From an uncultured bacterium (GTDB lineage: Bacteria > Patescibacteriota > Minisyncoccia > CAIUEV01): DNA of 64,000 nucleotides. This document shows positions 10,826 through 20,855 of this stretch, piece after piece. The stretch covers positions 5,047 through 69,046 of the forward strand of contig CALFZX010000010.1 of NCBI GenBank assembly GCA_937952315.1, read 5' to 3'. The notes below the pieces were generated by a model. It did not search any database. It saw nothing but the letters and a program-made list of their open reading frames with translations, and was not told where the DNA came from. The position numbers were made by a program, and so were the translations under genes. Every line of letters starts with the position of its first letter. The stretch's first letter is position 1.

Positions 10826-11965
10826 ATGAGAGTTTTGCTTACCGGCGGAGGAACCGGCGGACATCTTTCTCCTCTTTTAGCCATAGCTAAAGCCCTCCAG
10901 AAGGAGGCCGATCTGAAAAAAGAACCCTTAAAAATACTCTACTTAGGCCCCTGCAACAATCTCTCCGATCTTATCTTAAAATCGGCCGGTATTGAGACTC
11001 GCAATGTTATGGCCGGAAAGTGGCGTCGCTATTTTTCTTTTATGAATTTCGTTGATATTTTTAGAGGGTTTTTTGGACTTTTACAGGCCCTGGTTAAGGT
11101 TTTGATTTTTATGCCCGATGTCGTTTTCTCAAAAGGAGGCTACGGCAGTGTTCCCGTCGTTCTCGCCGCTCGTCTTTTTTTGATTCCTATTATAATTCAT
11201 GAGTCGGACGCCGTTCCGGGCAAAGCTAATCGCATTATGCAACACTTTGCCGATGTGATAGCCGTTTCTTATGAAATGACTAAAGGATTTTCCGATCCGA
11301 CCAAAACTTATTTCACCGGCAGTCCGGTGCGAGAAAATTTATTGGGAGGAGATCCCGCTCGGGCAAAAAGCATGCTTGGCATAAGAACGGAGAAGCCGAT
11401 TTTGTTGATTCTGGGAGGTAGCCAAGGAGCGAAAAAAATCAACGAAGTCATCGGTCAAATCTTAAATCGACTTGTTGAAACTTACGAAATAATCCATCAA
11501 TGCGGCGAGAAAAATTTCGATGAGACCAAAGACTTGGCCGGAAAAGCGGGCATAAAAATCAATAGAGAAAATTATCATCTCTACCCCTTTATGCGCGACG
11601 AAAAGGAAGAATTAAAAAACGCCCTCGCCTGTGCCGACTTAGTATTAAGCCGAGCCGGCGCCAGCTCTATCGCTGAAATCGCCGCTTACGGCAAACCCAG
11701 TATTTTGGTTCCTTTGCACGGATCGGCCAACGATCATCAAATTCACAACGCCTTTGAAGTGGCTAAAGCGGGAGCCGCCATTGCTCTGCGGGAGGAGAAT
11801 CTTACTCCCGAGCTACTTCTCGGGAAAATTGATATTTTAATGAATGATTTACCTCTCCGTCAGATGATGGGAGAAAAAGCTAAACTTTTTTATCATCATG
11901 AGTCAGCTACTACTATCGCCGATATCGTTCTAAAGCTAGGCAATAAAGAGAAATTAAAAGACTAA
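10826..11965 (+). CDS. murG: Undecaprenyldiphospho-muramoylpentapeptide beta-N-acetylglucosaminyltransferase
   Basis: N-terminal 'LLTGGGTGGHLSP' G-loop and C-terminal GT28 'GGSQGA' block. Confidence 0.9.
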   Translation: MRVLLTGGGTGGHLSPLLAIAKALQKEADLKKEPLKILYLGPCNNLSDLILKSAGIETRNVMAGKWRRYFSFMNFVDIFRGFFGLLQALVKVLIFMPDVVFSKGGYGSVPVVLAARLFLIPIIIHESDAVPGKANRIMQHFADVIAVSYEMTKGFSDPTKTYFTGSPVRENLLGGDPARAKSMLGIRTEKPILLILGGSQGAKKINEVIGQILNRLVETYEIIHQCGEKNFDETKDLAGKAGIKINRENYHLYPFMRDEKEELKNALACADLVLSRAGASSIAEIAAYGKPSILVPLHGSANDHQIHNAFEVAKAGAAIALREENLTPELLLGKIDILMNDLPLRQMMGEKAKLFYHHESATTIADIVLKLGNKEKLKD

Positions 11966-11967
11966 AA

Positions 11968-12408
11968 ATGAAAATCGATTTTCACAAAAAACTGAATCGT
12001 CCTAAATTTTTTGAAATTACTCTTATCGTCACCACCGTTTTAGCCGGCTTTATTCTCTATTGGCAGGAAAAAGTCAATCACAATCTCGATAGTCAAAAAA
12101 GTTGGCTCAATTTCTATTTCGTTGATCCGATCGAACCGCAGAAGGGTGTTGAGTTCAATAACCATCTTGGTTATGAAACCGAATTTCGACTTTGTCTGAT
12201 ACCCGACAGCGATGATTTGATGGAACCGAAAGATATCTCTTGCAATCTGGAAACCGTTCTGTCGGCGGAAAGAAAAAAAGTCGCCCCTACCGAAAAATTT
12301 TCTTGGCAATGGCCGAATCAAGATCGAGCAGGGAAATACTGGGTGTTGCTTCAATATGTAACCAAAGACGGCCAAGAGAATAAAAGAAGCTTGTCTTTTG
12401 TGAAATAA
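11968..12408 (+). CDS. Hypothetical small membrane-anchored protein
   Basis: Single N-terminal transmembrane helix. It lies 2 nt after the murG stop. No recognisable motif. Confidence 0.4.
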   Translation: MKIDFHKKLNRPKFFEITLIVTTVLAGFILYWQEKVNHNLDSQKSWLNFYFVDPIEPQKGVEFNNHLGYETEFRLCLIPDSDDLMEPKDISCNLETVLSAERKKVAPTEKFSWQWPNQDRAGKYWVLLQYVTKDGQENKRSLSFVK

Positions 12409-12411
12409 TTG

Positions 12412-15400
12412 CTATATTTTTTTCAATTCTATTTTTATTTTACCGCCATCCAGCTTAGCCTCAAAAGAGTAGTTAGAACTGCTCAAAGCCCCACTTTTTA
12501 TTTCATCAGCTAGCACTTCGGCGGCAATTTGTTTTTTGAATTTTTCAAAAATTTCATTTTTGCCATTATAGCCAACGATAATCCGATCCTCAATCTCAAA
12601 ACCCGCTTTTTTACGAGCTTCTTGAATCTGTCGAACCAGTTCTCTCATCTCGCCCTCCACTTTGAGCTCCTCTGTAATAGAGATATCCAGAACAACGGCG
12701 TTACCCTCTTTGTCCACTAAACCCTGGCTTTTTTCCGTTATTTTTCCGCTTTCTATTAGCTCCTTGAGATTCTCTTTATTTTTAATTTCCTTGACATTCA
12801 GCTCCTCTTTGACTAAGGCCCAAAGATTTTCCTCAATTTCATCTTTCCCTTGAACAAAAAGAGTTTTCAGCGGTTGCCTAACTTTAATGCCTTTTTTCGC
12901 TCGGCAAGAAAGACCGAGCGTCACAATCTGTCTGATTTTCTCCATATCGGCATTTAATTTTTCGTTAATAAGCATCAGATTCGGCTGAGGAAAGTCGGTT
13001 AAGTGAACGGACATTTGTTTAAAAAAATCATGAGTTTTTTCTTCCGTGTTCAGCTCTTCCTCCTCGATACGATTCAAATTCTGAAAAATTTCCTCCGTCA
13101 TAAAGGGCATAAAGGGGGCGGCCAATTGGTTAAATTTAGTAAGAACTTCATACAGAGTTTGATACGCTTCGTTTTTATCACCATCATTTTCCGTCTTCCA
13201 AAAGCGTTTGCGACTGCGACGAATATACCAATTGGAAAGCTTGTCGATGAATTCGGGCAGTAAACGAGAAGCTTTCGCAATTTCGTAGCTATCCATCAAT
13301 TCATTCATTTGTTTAATCAAAATATGCAGTTCCGAAAAGATCCAAGCATCCAAAACCGACATTGGCTTGCCTACCCAAGCTTCTTTGAAAGATTGAGGAT
13401 CACTCCACTGAAAGGGCTTCTCCCTGTTCGGTAGCCAGTTATCTATTTTGGCATAGGTGGTAAAGAAAAAATAGCTGTTCCACCAAGCGCGTAAAAATCC
13501 TTTTTGAATTTCCGCCATTTTTTCTTCGGAAAAATTGACATTTTCCGCTTCCATAATGGGGGAACTCATTAAATAAAAACGCAAAGCATCGGCCGAATAT
13601 TTATCCAGAACAATGTTCGGATCGGGGTAGTTGCCTAAAGATTTTGACATTTTTCGACCGTCCGTACCGGCAATTACCCCCGTTGTCACTACATTTTTAT
13701 AAGCCGGTCGCCCGAAAAGAGCTACTGAGAGAACATGAATGACATAAAACCAGGCTCGAGTTTGCCCGACATATTCGGAAATGAAATCGGCGGGGAACTT
13801 CTGATTAAAATCCTCTTGATTTTCAAAAGGATAGTGTCTTTCCGCAAAGGGCATAGAACCCGATTCGACCCAACAATCAAGCACTTCCGGCACCCTATGC
13901 GCCGTGCCTTCACATTCGGAACACTTGAAAGTTATATTGTCGATAAACGGCCGATGGTAATTATCTAATCTTTGACCGGACAATTTAAACAGTTCTTCGT
14001 AAGAACCGACCACCTCTCTTTTACCACATTGATCACACTCCCAAACCGGAATAGCCGTTCCCCAATAGCGATTCCGTGAAATATTCCAATCGGGAGCACT
14101 CTCCAAATTCTTCAAAAACCGACCGCGTTTTAAGTTTTCCGGATGCCAGACGATGTCTTCATTGGCCGAGATTAGCTTATCTTTGATGGTTGCCACACTG
14201 ATAAACCAAGCCGGTTGAACCTTATAAATCAACTTGGTGTGACAACGGTGACAGAAAGGATAACTATGCTCAATTTTTTCCGAATCGAGCACCAGACCTT
14301 TTTCCTTTAGATCCATCAAGATATCCGAATTGGCTTCCCAGACATTTCGATTTTTGTATTTTCCTTCGCAAAATTTACCTTCCTCATCGATATTCAACAG
14401 TATTGGTAAATTTTCCGACTTGGCCGTTCGATAATCATCTTCGCCGAAAGCCGGCGCCAAATGGACAATTCCACTGCCTTCAATATCGGTTACAAATTCC
14501 CCCGATACGACTCTCCAACCCTGTGTCGCTTCCTCTTCCGTTAGTGTCTCAGCGTTCTCCTCTAAATTTAATTTTTCATAGTGCAGACCGAGCAACTCTT
14601 CTCCCTTTATTTTTTTGATCGCTTTGCCTTTCCAGCCTTTTTCTTTCTTTAATCGCTTAAATTTCACCGAGCTTAAGATAAAGTAAAACTCTTCATCTTT
14701 TTTGCCCTTTGAAGCAACAACGGAATACTCATTATTGGGATTAACGGCTAAAGCGCTATTGGCCGGTAAAGTCCACGGAGTGGTTGTCCAAGCGACAAAA
14801 TAAGCTTCCAACTCAAGAGGTAAGCCTAGTGCGGTTTTCGCCGTATGGTGAAGATCAAACTTAACAAAAACCGCTTCATCGGTTACATCTTGATAGCTAT
14901 TATCCATTGCGATTTCAAAATTAGACAACGGCGTAGCGCACCTCGGACAGTAAAGAGAAATACGACTATCTTTATAAATCAGACCTTTATTGTACAATTC
15001 TTTGAAAGCCCACCAGACGGATTCCATATAGTCGGAGTCCATGGTTTTGTAAGAATTTTTGAAATCGACAAATCGTCCTATACGGTCAATAATATTTTCC
15101 CACTCTCCGGCTATTTTCGAAGTAGCAATAAAACATTCGTTGACGAATTTTTCGATCCCTATCTTATTTTCAATATCTTTTTTGCTTTTCGATCCCAATT
15201 TCTTTTCCACCAAATTCTCCGCCGGCAGACCGTGACAATCCCAACCCCAACGACGATCGACTCGAAAACCCTTCATCGTAAAATAACGGGGCACCACATC
15301 TTTGGCCACAGAAGATAAAATCGTTCCGAAATGAGGCACGCCGGTAATAAAAGGCGGGCCGTCAAAAAAACTGTAACTTTTTGCTTCTCTTCGATTTTCA

Positions 15401-15495
15401 ATAGTTTTTTCGAATATTTGATTTTCTTTCCAGAATTTGATCACTTCCTTTTCTCTCTCCGCGGGAGTCTTCTTGGGGTCGATCGATTTAAACAT
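12412..15495 (-). CDS. ileS: Isoleucine--tRNA ligase, type 2 (eukaryote/archaeal-like)
   Basis: 'PPFITGVPHFGT' HIGH region, 'RRWGWDCHGLP' (type-2 hallmark), 'KMSKS', and a zinc-binding CxxC pair. The 1027-aa length fits IleRS2. Confidence 0.9.
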   Translation of the reverse strand: MFKSIDPKKTPAEREKEVIKFWKENQIFEKTIENRREAKSYSFFDGPPFITGVPHFGTILSSVAKDVVPRYFTMKGFRVDRRWGWDCHGLPAENLVEKKLGSKSKKDIENKIGIEKFVNECFIATSKIAGEWENIIDRIGRFVDFKNSYKTMDSDYMESVWWAFKELYNKGLIYKDSRISLYCPRCATPLSNFEIAMDNSYQDVTDEAVFVKFDLHHTAKTALGLPLELEAYFVAWTTTPWTLPANSALAVNPNNEYSVVASKGKKDEEFYFILSSVKFKRLKKEKGWKGKAIKKIKGEELLGLHYEKLNLEENAETLTEEEATQGWRVVSGEFVTDIEGSGIVHLAPAFGEDDYRTAKSENLPILLNIDEEGKFCEGKYKNRNVWEANSDILMDLKEKGLVLDSEKIEHSYPFCHRCHTKLIYKVQPAWFISVATIKDKLISANEDIVWHPENLKRGRFLKNLESAPDWNISRNRYWGTAIPVWECDQCGKREVVGSYEELFKLSGQRLDNYHRPFIDNITFKCSECEGTAHRVPEVLDCWVESGSMPFAERHYPFENQEDFNQKFPADFISEYVGQTRAWFYVIHVLSVALFGRPAYKNVVTTGVIAGTDGRKMSKSLGNYPDPNIVLDKYSADALRFYLMSSPIMEAENVNFSEEKMAEIQKGFLRAWWNSYFFFTTYAKIDNWLPNREKPFQWSDPQSFKEAWVGKPMSVLDAWIFSELHILIKQMNELMDSYEIAKASRLLPEFIDKLSNWYIRRSRKRFWKTENDGDKNEAYQTLYEVLTKFNQLAAPFMPFMTEEIFQNLNRIEEEELNTEEKTHDFFKQMSVHLTDFPQPNLMLINEKLNADMEKIRQIVTLGLSCRAKKGIKVRQPLKTLFVQGKDEIEENLWALVKEELNVKEIKNKENLKELIESGKITEKSQGLVDKEGNAVVLDISITEELKVEGEMRELVRQIQEARKKAGFEIEDRIIVGYNGKNEIFEKFKKQIAAEVLADEIKSGALSSSNYSFEAKLDGGKIKIELKKI

Positions 15496-15567
15496 TTTAA
15501 TATATTAAAACTCGAAACAAGTTATTATAAAGGCACTTTTTTGTTTTAAGCAATGGGGAAAATCACC

Positions 15568-17049
15568 TTATTCTTTCCTATTTTTTCTCAAAGGGAAAAG
15601 AATTACATCGCGAACATTTTTTTGATCCAAAAGTAGCACCAACAGGCGATCGATTCCCATTCCCCAACCGGCCGTCGGCGGCATACCGTAACTCAAAGCT
15701 TCAAGATAATCATCATCGATGGAGTGGGCTTCGCCGTCTCCTTTTTTACGGGCCAATTCCTGCTCCTTGAATCGCAACCTCTGCTCTTCCGGATCGTTTA
15801 ACTCGTTGTAAGCTTTGATAATTTCCCAACCGTTAATTACCAATTGAAACGAGGCGATTTTTTCAGGATCTCCCTCTTTAGCTTTAGCGAGCGGAATAAG
15901 ACTTTTTGGATAGTCAAGCAAAAAAACCGGTCCTTTCAGCTTCGGCCGAATAGTTTTTTTATAAACTTCGTCAAGGATTTTAGACTCGGAAAGATTTTTT
16001 CCACCTTTTTCAAGCTCTATTTCATGTTTTTTTGCCAAGGCAAGCAGAGCGGTTCGGTCAAGTTTTTCTATTTCGACCCCCAGTTCTTTTTTGATTAAAT
16101 CAGAGAAATAAACTCTTTTAAAAGGCGGATTTAAGTCAAACTTTTTATCCTGATAAAAAATCGTTAGCGAACCGCAGATCTTCGGCACCGTTTCTTTGAG
16201 CATTTCTTCCGTAAATTTCATCAATTTTTCATAGTCGGCATAAGCCCAATAGAATTCAAGCATCGTGAAGTCGGGATTGTGCTGCGGGCTGATTCCTTCA
16301 TTGCGAAAATTGCGAGCAATTTCAAAGACCCGTTCAAACCCACCCACAATCAATCTTTTTAGGTAAAGCTCGGGAGCGATTCTCAAATAATACTCTTGAC
16401 CGAGAGCGTTATGTTTTGTCTTAAAAGGTTTGGCACTGGCACCGCCGGCTATCGGTTGAAGGATCGGCGTTTCGAATTCCGTAAAATTATGCTTGAGTAA
16501 AAAATCCCGTAAGCTTTTGACAAAAAGACTTCTTTTTTTAAATTTTTCCCTCGATTCTCGACTGGTAATTAAGTCCAAATAGCGTTTTCGATATTTTAAT
16601 TCTTCATTCTTAAGTCCCGCCCATTTTTCCGGCAGAGGACGAGTCGCTTTGGCTAACAATTTAATTTTTTTGACTTCCAGCGTCTTTTCTCTCGCTTTGG
16701 TTAAAAAAAGCTGACCTGACGCCTCGACAAAATCTCCTCTCTCAATAAGATCGCGGAATGTTTCAAACTCCTCAACTCTTAAATTATTCTTTTTAATCGC
16801 CAATTGAATCTTGTCGCTCTCGTCCTCTAAATCGGCAAAAATCAAGCCTCCGTGACCTCGTCTTCCCGTGATTCTACCGGCCAAAAAAATTTTTTGATCC
16901 GTTAATTTATCAAATTTAGCCTTAGCTTCAGCATTACTGAGAGTTTTTCTAGCGGAAGAAGGGTAGGGATTGATTGCTTTTTCTCTGATTAAATTAAGTT
17001 TTTTAGCTCGATCTTCAATTAATTGTTTCAGCGTTTGATTATGAGACAT
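15568..17049 (-). CDS. lysS: Lysine--tRNA ligase, class II
   Basis: OB-fold N-terminus, motif 2 'FEIARNFRNEG', 'GGASAKPF', and motif 3 'GMGIDRL'. Confidence 0.9.
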   Translation of the reverse strand: MSHNQTLKQLIEDRAKKLNLIREKAINPYPSSARKTLSNAEAKAKFDKLTDQKIFLAGRITGRRGHGGLIFADLEDESDKIQLAIKKNNLRVEEFETFRDLIERGDFVEASGQLFLTKAREKTLEVKKIKLLAKATRPLPEKWAGLKNEELKYRKRYLDLITSRESREKFKKRSLFVKSLRDFLLKHNFTEFETPILQPIAGGASAKPFKTKHNALGQEYYLRIAPELYLKRLIVGGFERVFEIARNFRNEGISPQHNPDFTMLEFYWAYADYEKLMKFTEEMLKETVPKICGSLTIFYQDKKFDLNPPFKRVYFSDLIKKELGVEIEKLDRTALLALAKKHEIELEKGGKNLSESKILDEVYKKTIRPKLKGPVFLLDYPKSLIPLAKAKEGDPEKIASFQLVINGWEIIKAYNELNDPEEQRLRFKEQELARKKGDGEAHSIDDDYLEALSYGMPPTAGWGMGIDRLLVLLLDQKNVRDVILFPLRKNRKE

Positions 17050-17053
17050 TGAT

Positions 17054-17932
17054 TTAACTGCGATTAAAGTTTAATTTATCAATAAAATTTTTCAATTCCG
17101 ATCGTAAATCCGGTCGATCAAAAGCGTAAGCCAAAGTCGCTTTCAAATAATTAAGCGGATCGCCGGTTGTCATCCATTCGCCATCTTCCACCTCTTTAGC
17201 CAAAAAAACACCTCCGTTTTTGACATAGGCGCGAATAGCGTCCACAATCCAAAGTTCGTTATCTTTACCCAAAGCGGTCTCGCGAAGAATATCAATGATA
17301 TCCTGATCTAGAATCATCCGGCCGAAATCGGCTAACTGGGAAGGGGCATCCTCCAAACTCGGTTTCTCAATTATATCCTCTATTTCCCGAGTTCCCTCTC
17401 GAAGTTTTACAATCCCGTAGCGATTAACCACTTCCGGCGCCACTTTCTGAACTCCAATCATCAATTTGCCATTTTTTTCGTAGTCTTCTACCATGGCTCG
17501 AGTGAAAGATTTTTTGGACTTGACCAGATCATCTCCCCAAACAAAAACAAAAGGCTCGTCATCAACCAGACTGGACGCGGATAAAACGGGAGTGCCATTT
17601 CCGTAAGGACCTTTCTGTCTGACATAAACAAAATTAGCGCTTTCGGAAACTCTTTTTATTTCTTCAAGCTTGTCGTTTTTGCCATTTTTTTCCAATTCGT
17701 ATTCCAGAGCCCAACTACGATCAAAATGATCCTCCAGCGGTTTTTTGTCCCATTTGGTTACTAAAATAATATCTTCGATTCCCGCTTCAACCAGCTCTTC
17801 AATCACCAACTGAATGATCGGTTTATCAACAATCGGCAACATTTCTTTCGGCATTGATTTGGTCGCCGGAAGCAAACGAGTGCCACTCCCGGCCACAGCC
17901 ACAACGGCTTTTTTTATTTTTTTCATCACCAA
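17054..17932 (-). CDS. galU: UTP--glucose-1-phosphate uridylyltransferase
   Basis: 'KAVVAVAGSGTRLLPATKSMPKEMLP' nucleotidyltransferase G-loop, typical of GalU. Confidence 0.85.
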   Translation of the reverse strand: MVMKKIKKAVVAVAGSGTRLLPATKSMPKEMLPIVDKPIIQLVIEELVEAGIEDIILVTKWDKKPLEDHFDRSWALEYELEKNGKNDKLEEIKRVSESANFVYVRQKGPYGNGTPVLSASSLVDDEPFVFVWGDDLVKSKKSFTRAMVEDYEKNGKLMIGVQKVAPEVVNRYGIVKLREGTREIEDIIEKPSLEDAPSQLADFGRMILDQDIIDILRETALGKDNELWIVDAIRAYVKNGGVFLAKEVEDGEWMTTGDPLNYLKATLAYAFDRPDLRSELKNFIDKLNFNRS

Positions 17933-18060
17933 AATATTAAAGCTAAAAGGCTTTTCTCCCTTAATTATTAAGCCAAATTAACGAGTCGGTCAAAGATAGC
18001 TTTCATTTACTTAATTTATTTTTCCAGTTAAAATAAAGATGATTAAAACAAAAAAATAAA

Positions 18061-19371
18061 ATGAACATCCAATCTTCAGATACTTTAAGTTTGCCCAAAA
18101 ATGAAATATATCGCCAAAGAGACTCTTGGGGCAACTTGATTCGCAAACTGATTTCATTGTTTATCGTCGTTTTTCCTTGGGTTATTTTTCCTTTCAGCGA
18201 GGGGCCTCTTGAAGCTTTAAGGGGGAAGACTTTGTTTGTTTCCATGATTTTTCTGACAGTCCTTTGGCTCCTTCGAAGCTTGGAACAAAAAAAATTTGAA
18301 TGGCGCAAGACTCGAATCAATTGGCTTTTTTTCTCCGGACTGGCCGTTCTTTTTTTATTTTTTCTTTACGCGCCCAGCTTGAGATACGCTTGGAACGGCT
18401 ATACGGGTAGCGAGACCGGCGGATTCAGCGAACACTTAGCTTTTGTTCTCTTCTTTTTTTTAGCTGTTCAGCTTTTTGATGTACCGACTTGGGAAAAGAA
18501 TATTCGTTTTTTTCTAGCTTCCGGTTTGCTCACTTTATTAGCTTCTATTTTGGCGGCTATCTTTTTTCAGGATAACAATTTGTTGACTCTCAACTTTGCC
18601 AAAACCCCCACGCTTTTCACCGCTTTCTGCGGAGTAACTGCCTTCTCTTTTTGGTGGCTAAAGAAAAAATCGGAACCGCTCCTAAAGGGAAGGATTTTTT
18701 TAGTTTCTCTGCTTTTGCTTTTCATTGCTTCGTTACTCGATTTTTATTTGGCTTGGTGGATGTGGTTCGCTGGAATTTTCACCCTTCTAATCTTGGATTT
18801 AATTGTAAAAATTGAAAAATATTTGAAAGATCGTGAATCAAGCTACCTGAATCTAAAGGGAAGCGGTAGGGCCGATTTCTTGAGTGAACTTTTCCGAGGC
18901 GATTTCAAATATCTCTCCTTGATTCTGCTTTTTACTTTTTCTCGAGCCGTTTCACCGGTTTTTTTGGGTCAAAAGGAGCTTGTCGTTATGCCTTTTTCGG
19001 CTTATTTGGAAAAATTCTCCGTCTTCGGCCAAAGAGTCTATTTTTATCTCATTTTGAACGGAATTATTTTCTTACTTGGTCTTTACCATTTTTTCAAACT
19101 AAAGAAAGAAAGACAGGCTATCGGTATTGTTCTTAGCGGTTTAGTATGTATTTCCGTCGGTCACTTGCTTTATTTTTCGGAAAGCACCTTGCTCTTTTTC
19201 TTGAATTGGATCTTGATTATTTTTGGCGGATTAACCTTTCTGCGTAAACCGCCGGAAAGAGATTTTATGTATCTGTTGGAGGGGGGCTCTCGCAAAAAAG
19301 TTTTTATTTTTATAGTTTCTGTGCTTACCATTGCATTAACTGGAATGGTTTATCTAAAATTGTTAATTTAA
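18061..19371 (+). CDS. Polytopic integral membrane protein (possibly Wzy/O-antigen-ligase-like)
   Basis: At least 10 hydrophobic helices. Divergent from galU. Function not resolved. Confidence 0.45.
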   Translation: MNIQSSDTLSLPKNEIYRQRDSWGNLIRKLISLFIVVFPWVIFPFSEGPLEALRGKTLFVSMIFLTVLWLLRSLEQKKFEWRKTRINWLFFSGLAVLFLFFLYAPSLRYAWNGYTGSETGGFSEHLAFVLFFFLAVQLFDVPTWEKNIRFFLASGLLTLLASILAAIFFQDNNLLTLNFAKTPTLFTAFCGVTAFSFWWLKKKSEPLLKGRIFLVSLLLLFIASLLDFYLAWWMWFAGIFTLLILDLIVKIEKYLKDRESSYLNLKGSGRADFLSELFRGDFKYLSLILLFTFSRAVSPVFLGQKELVVMPFSAYLEKFSVFGQRVYFYLILNGIIFLLGLYHFFKLKKERQAIGIVLSGLVCISVGHLLYFSESTLLFFLNWILIIFGGLTFLRKPPERDFMYLLEGGSRKKVFIFIVSVLTIALTGMVYLKLLI

Positions 19372-19375
19372 AGCG

Positions 19376-19645
19376 ATGAAAAAAACTGCTAAATTGGGCG
19401 GGATAGTGGACCGAGGAGGTAACAGCCTAGAGAATAAAACGGGCGCTTGGGCTTCAAAAATAGCTTTTATTGATCAAGAAAAATGTATTAAGTGCCAGCA
19501 ATGTATCCTTTTTTGTCCGGAAGGATGCATCGATCTCGGCCCGGACGGAAAGAAAGTGCAAGTTGACGGGAATTACTGCAAAGGTTGCTCCGTCTGCGCC
19601 ACCGAATGCCCCGTCAAAGCGATCTCAATGAAACCCAAAAAATAA
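19376..19645 (+). CDS. porD: Pyruvate/2-oxoacid:ferredoxin oxidoreductase delta subunit (2x[4Fe-4S] ferredoxin)
   Basis: Two CxxCxxCxxxCP motifs ('CIKCQQCILFCP' and 'CKGCSVCATECP') and a 'KTGAW' N-terminus, as in PorD. Confidence 0.8.
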   Translation: MKKTAKLGGIVDRGGNSLENKTGAWASKIAFIDQEKCIKCQQCILFCPEGCIDLGPDGKKVQVDGNYCKGCSVCATECPVKAISMKPKK

Positions 19646-19659
19646 TTTAAATCACCCCT

Positions 19660-20847
19660 ATGGCCTATTTTAAACAGAAAATTAAATATGAAGCATTAAC
19701 CGGCGGTGAAGCGGTTGCCGAGGCGATGAGACAAATTGAACCGGGAGTTGTGCCTATTTATCCGATTACACCGCAAACTCCGATTGTGGAAAAGTTCGCC
19801 TCATTCGTAGCTTCCGGCAAGATTGACAGCGAAATCATCACCGCCGAGTCGGAACATTCTGTTATGAGCATGGCCATCGGAGCGGCCTCTTCGGGCGTTC
19901 GTTCGATGACGGCCACTTCCTCCGTCGGACTTGCCTATATGTTTGAAATGCTAAATATCGCATCGGGAATGAGAATGCCAATCGTTCTCAATGTTGCCAG
20001 TCGTGCGATTTCCGCCCCGATCAATATTCATTGCGATCACTCAGATGTAATGGGAGTAAGAGATAGCGGTTTTATCCAACTGTGGAGCGAAACCGCCCAA
20101 GAGGCTTATGACAATACAATTTTAGCAGTAAGGCTGGCGGAGCAAGAAGATATTCGCCTGCCCGTTATGGTTATTCAGGATGGATTTGAAACTTCTCATA
20201 CTTTGGAAAAAGTGGAAAAAATCGAGGACGAAAAAGTAAAAAAATTCATTGGACCGTATCGTTATCCATATTCATTGCTTAAAAGTAAAACTCAAAAAAC
20301 TTTCGGCCCGCTGGTCTTACCGAATAAATATTTAGAAATCAAAACCGACCAATGGCAAGCCTTTGCCAAAGCAGAACAAGCGCACGATCAAATCGGAGCC
20401 GAATTTAAGAAAATTACCGGACGCAACTATCCAAGCATCGAGCTTTTCGGAGTCGATAACGAAACAGATGCGGTAGTCATCCTTTTGGGTGCTAGCGCAG
20501 GTACCGCGAAAAATACCGCCAAGCAATTAAAGGCGAATGGCTATAATGTCGGCGTAGTCAAAATTAAGCTCTTCCGACCATTCCCGTTTGCACAATTGGC
20601 GAAACTATTAAGCCATATCGATAAAATAGCAGTGCTGGACAGAGTTTTCAGCTTAGGTAGCCAGCCTCCTCTTTTCACGGAAGTTCGCGAGGCCCTTTGG
20701 AATAAAAGAGGAAAAACAAATATTCAAAGTTTTGTCTTCGGCCTTGGCGGTCGTTCCCTCAAAGAAAGTCAGGTCGAGGAAGTCTTTGCCGATCTGTTAA
20801 GCAATAATTTTCAAGAAGGTACAAAAATTATCGGTTTGGAAAAGTAA
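19660..20847 (+). CDS. porA: Pyruvate/2-oxoacid:ferredoxin oxidoreductase alpha subunit
   Basis: 'LTGGEAVAEA...YPITPQTPI' N-terminus. The 395-aa length matches PorA/VorA. Confidence 0.8.
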   Translation: MAYFKQKIKYEALTGGEAVAEAMRQIEPGVVPIYPITPQTPIVEKFASFVASGKIDSEIITAESEHSVMSMAIGAASSGVRSMTATSSVGLAYMFEMLNIASGMRMPIVLNVASRAISAPINIHCDHSDVMGVRDSGFIQLWSETAQEAYDNTILAVRLAEQEDIRLPVMVIQDGFETSHTLEKVEKIEDEKVKKFIGPYRYPYSLLKSKTQKTFGPLVLPNKYLEIKTDQWQAFAKAEQAHDQIGAEFKKITGRNYPSIELFGVDNETDAVVILLGASAGTAKNTAKQLKANGYNVGVVKIKLFRPFPFAQLAKLLSHIDKIAVLDRVFSLGSQPPLFTEVREALWNKRGKTNIQSFVFGLGGRSLKESQVEEVFADLLSNNFQEGTKIIGLEK

Positions 20848-20855
20848 TTGCTTTA

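Noticed and set aside
14845-15318. 157-aa antisense ORF within ileS
   Set aside because: Embedded in a conserved aminoacyl-tRNA synthetase gene. No independent support.
18003-18320. 105-aa minus-strand ORF overlapping the start of the polytopic membrane protein gene
   Set aside because: It overlaps a better-supported gene and its divergent promoter region, and shows no motifs.
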